Shown one piece after another: positions 63,798 through 64,000 of a DNA stretch of 64,000 nt. The position numbers and the translations under genes were made by a program. The notes beneath the pieces are model-generated. The model worked only from the letters and a program-made list of their open reading frames with translations, did not search any database and was not told the DNA's origin. This DNA comes from Callorhinchus milii. Taxonomy: Eukaryota. How positions within the stretch are numbered: the stretch's first letter is position 1; each line of letters starts with the position of its first letter. Location: positions 108,874,001-108,938,000 of the forward strand of contig NW_024704742.1 of the NCBI RefSeq assembly GCF_018977255.1, given 5' to 3'.

Positions 63798-64000
63798 ATT
63801 ACATTTATATTATTTTGGAAGGACGTCCCAAGGCATTGGATAGTTACGGGTTTGCACTCAAGCTGGAGGTTGGAATTGAGGGGTGGAGGTTAGGGTTTGT
63901 GTGGGAGGATGACCGAAGGTACGGTTAAAGAGGAAGGTTATGAGACTGGCCTTGAAGCAGGCAAGGGAGGGGGTGAGGCAGAGGGATTCCAGTATGGATT
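63798..64000 (-). mobile_element. L2 3' end running off the window
   Basis: ggacgtcccaaggc...gaccgaaggtacggttaaagaggaagg..gagactggccttgaag, reverse complement of the L2 3' UTR. Confidence 0.75.

Noticed and set aside
52731..64000. Search for ELL/ELL2 exon 2 (RPSI.FQG motif)
   Set aside because: Not found by eye; the region is treated as intron 1 continuing beyond the window

Overview
Repeat-rich vertebrate genomic DNA. The CR1, L2 and Deu-SINE content points to a cartilaginous fish (inference). Two host genes are recognisable, both on the + strand. (1) A GT6 (ABO/GBGT1/GGTA1-family) glycosyltransferase whose stem and whole catalytic domain lie in one uninterrupted exon (~25009-25892). It has an unusual active site: TSE instead of LGG/MGA/GGA/HAA, and MFEESY instead of WHDESH. 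(2) The CpG-island promoter, uORF-containing leader and first coding exon (52590-52730) of an ELL-family, most likely ELL2, Pol II elongation factor, followed by >11 kb of intron 1. The rest is mostly retroelements: a near-complete CR1 ORF2, many L2 fragments, an internally deleted Tx1/L1-clade element, two subfamilies of tRNA-Ala-headed SINEs sharing a covarying 3' stem-loop with L2, old Deu-domain SINEs, and an unclassified ~1-1.3 kb interspersed repeat. Repeat boundaries are approximate (read by eye), and comparisons with known proteins and consensus repeats are from memory, not database searches.
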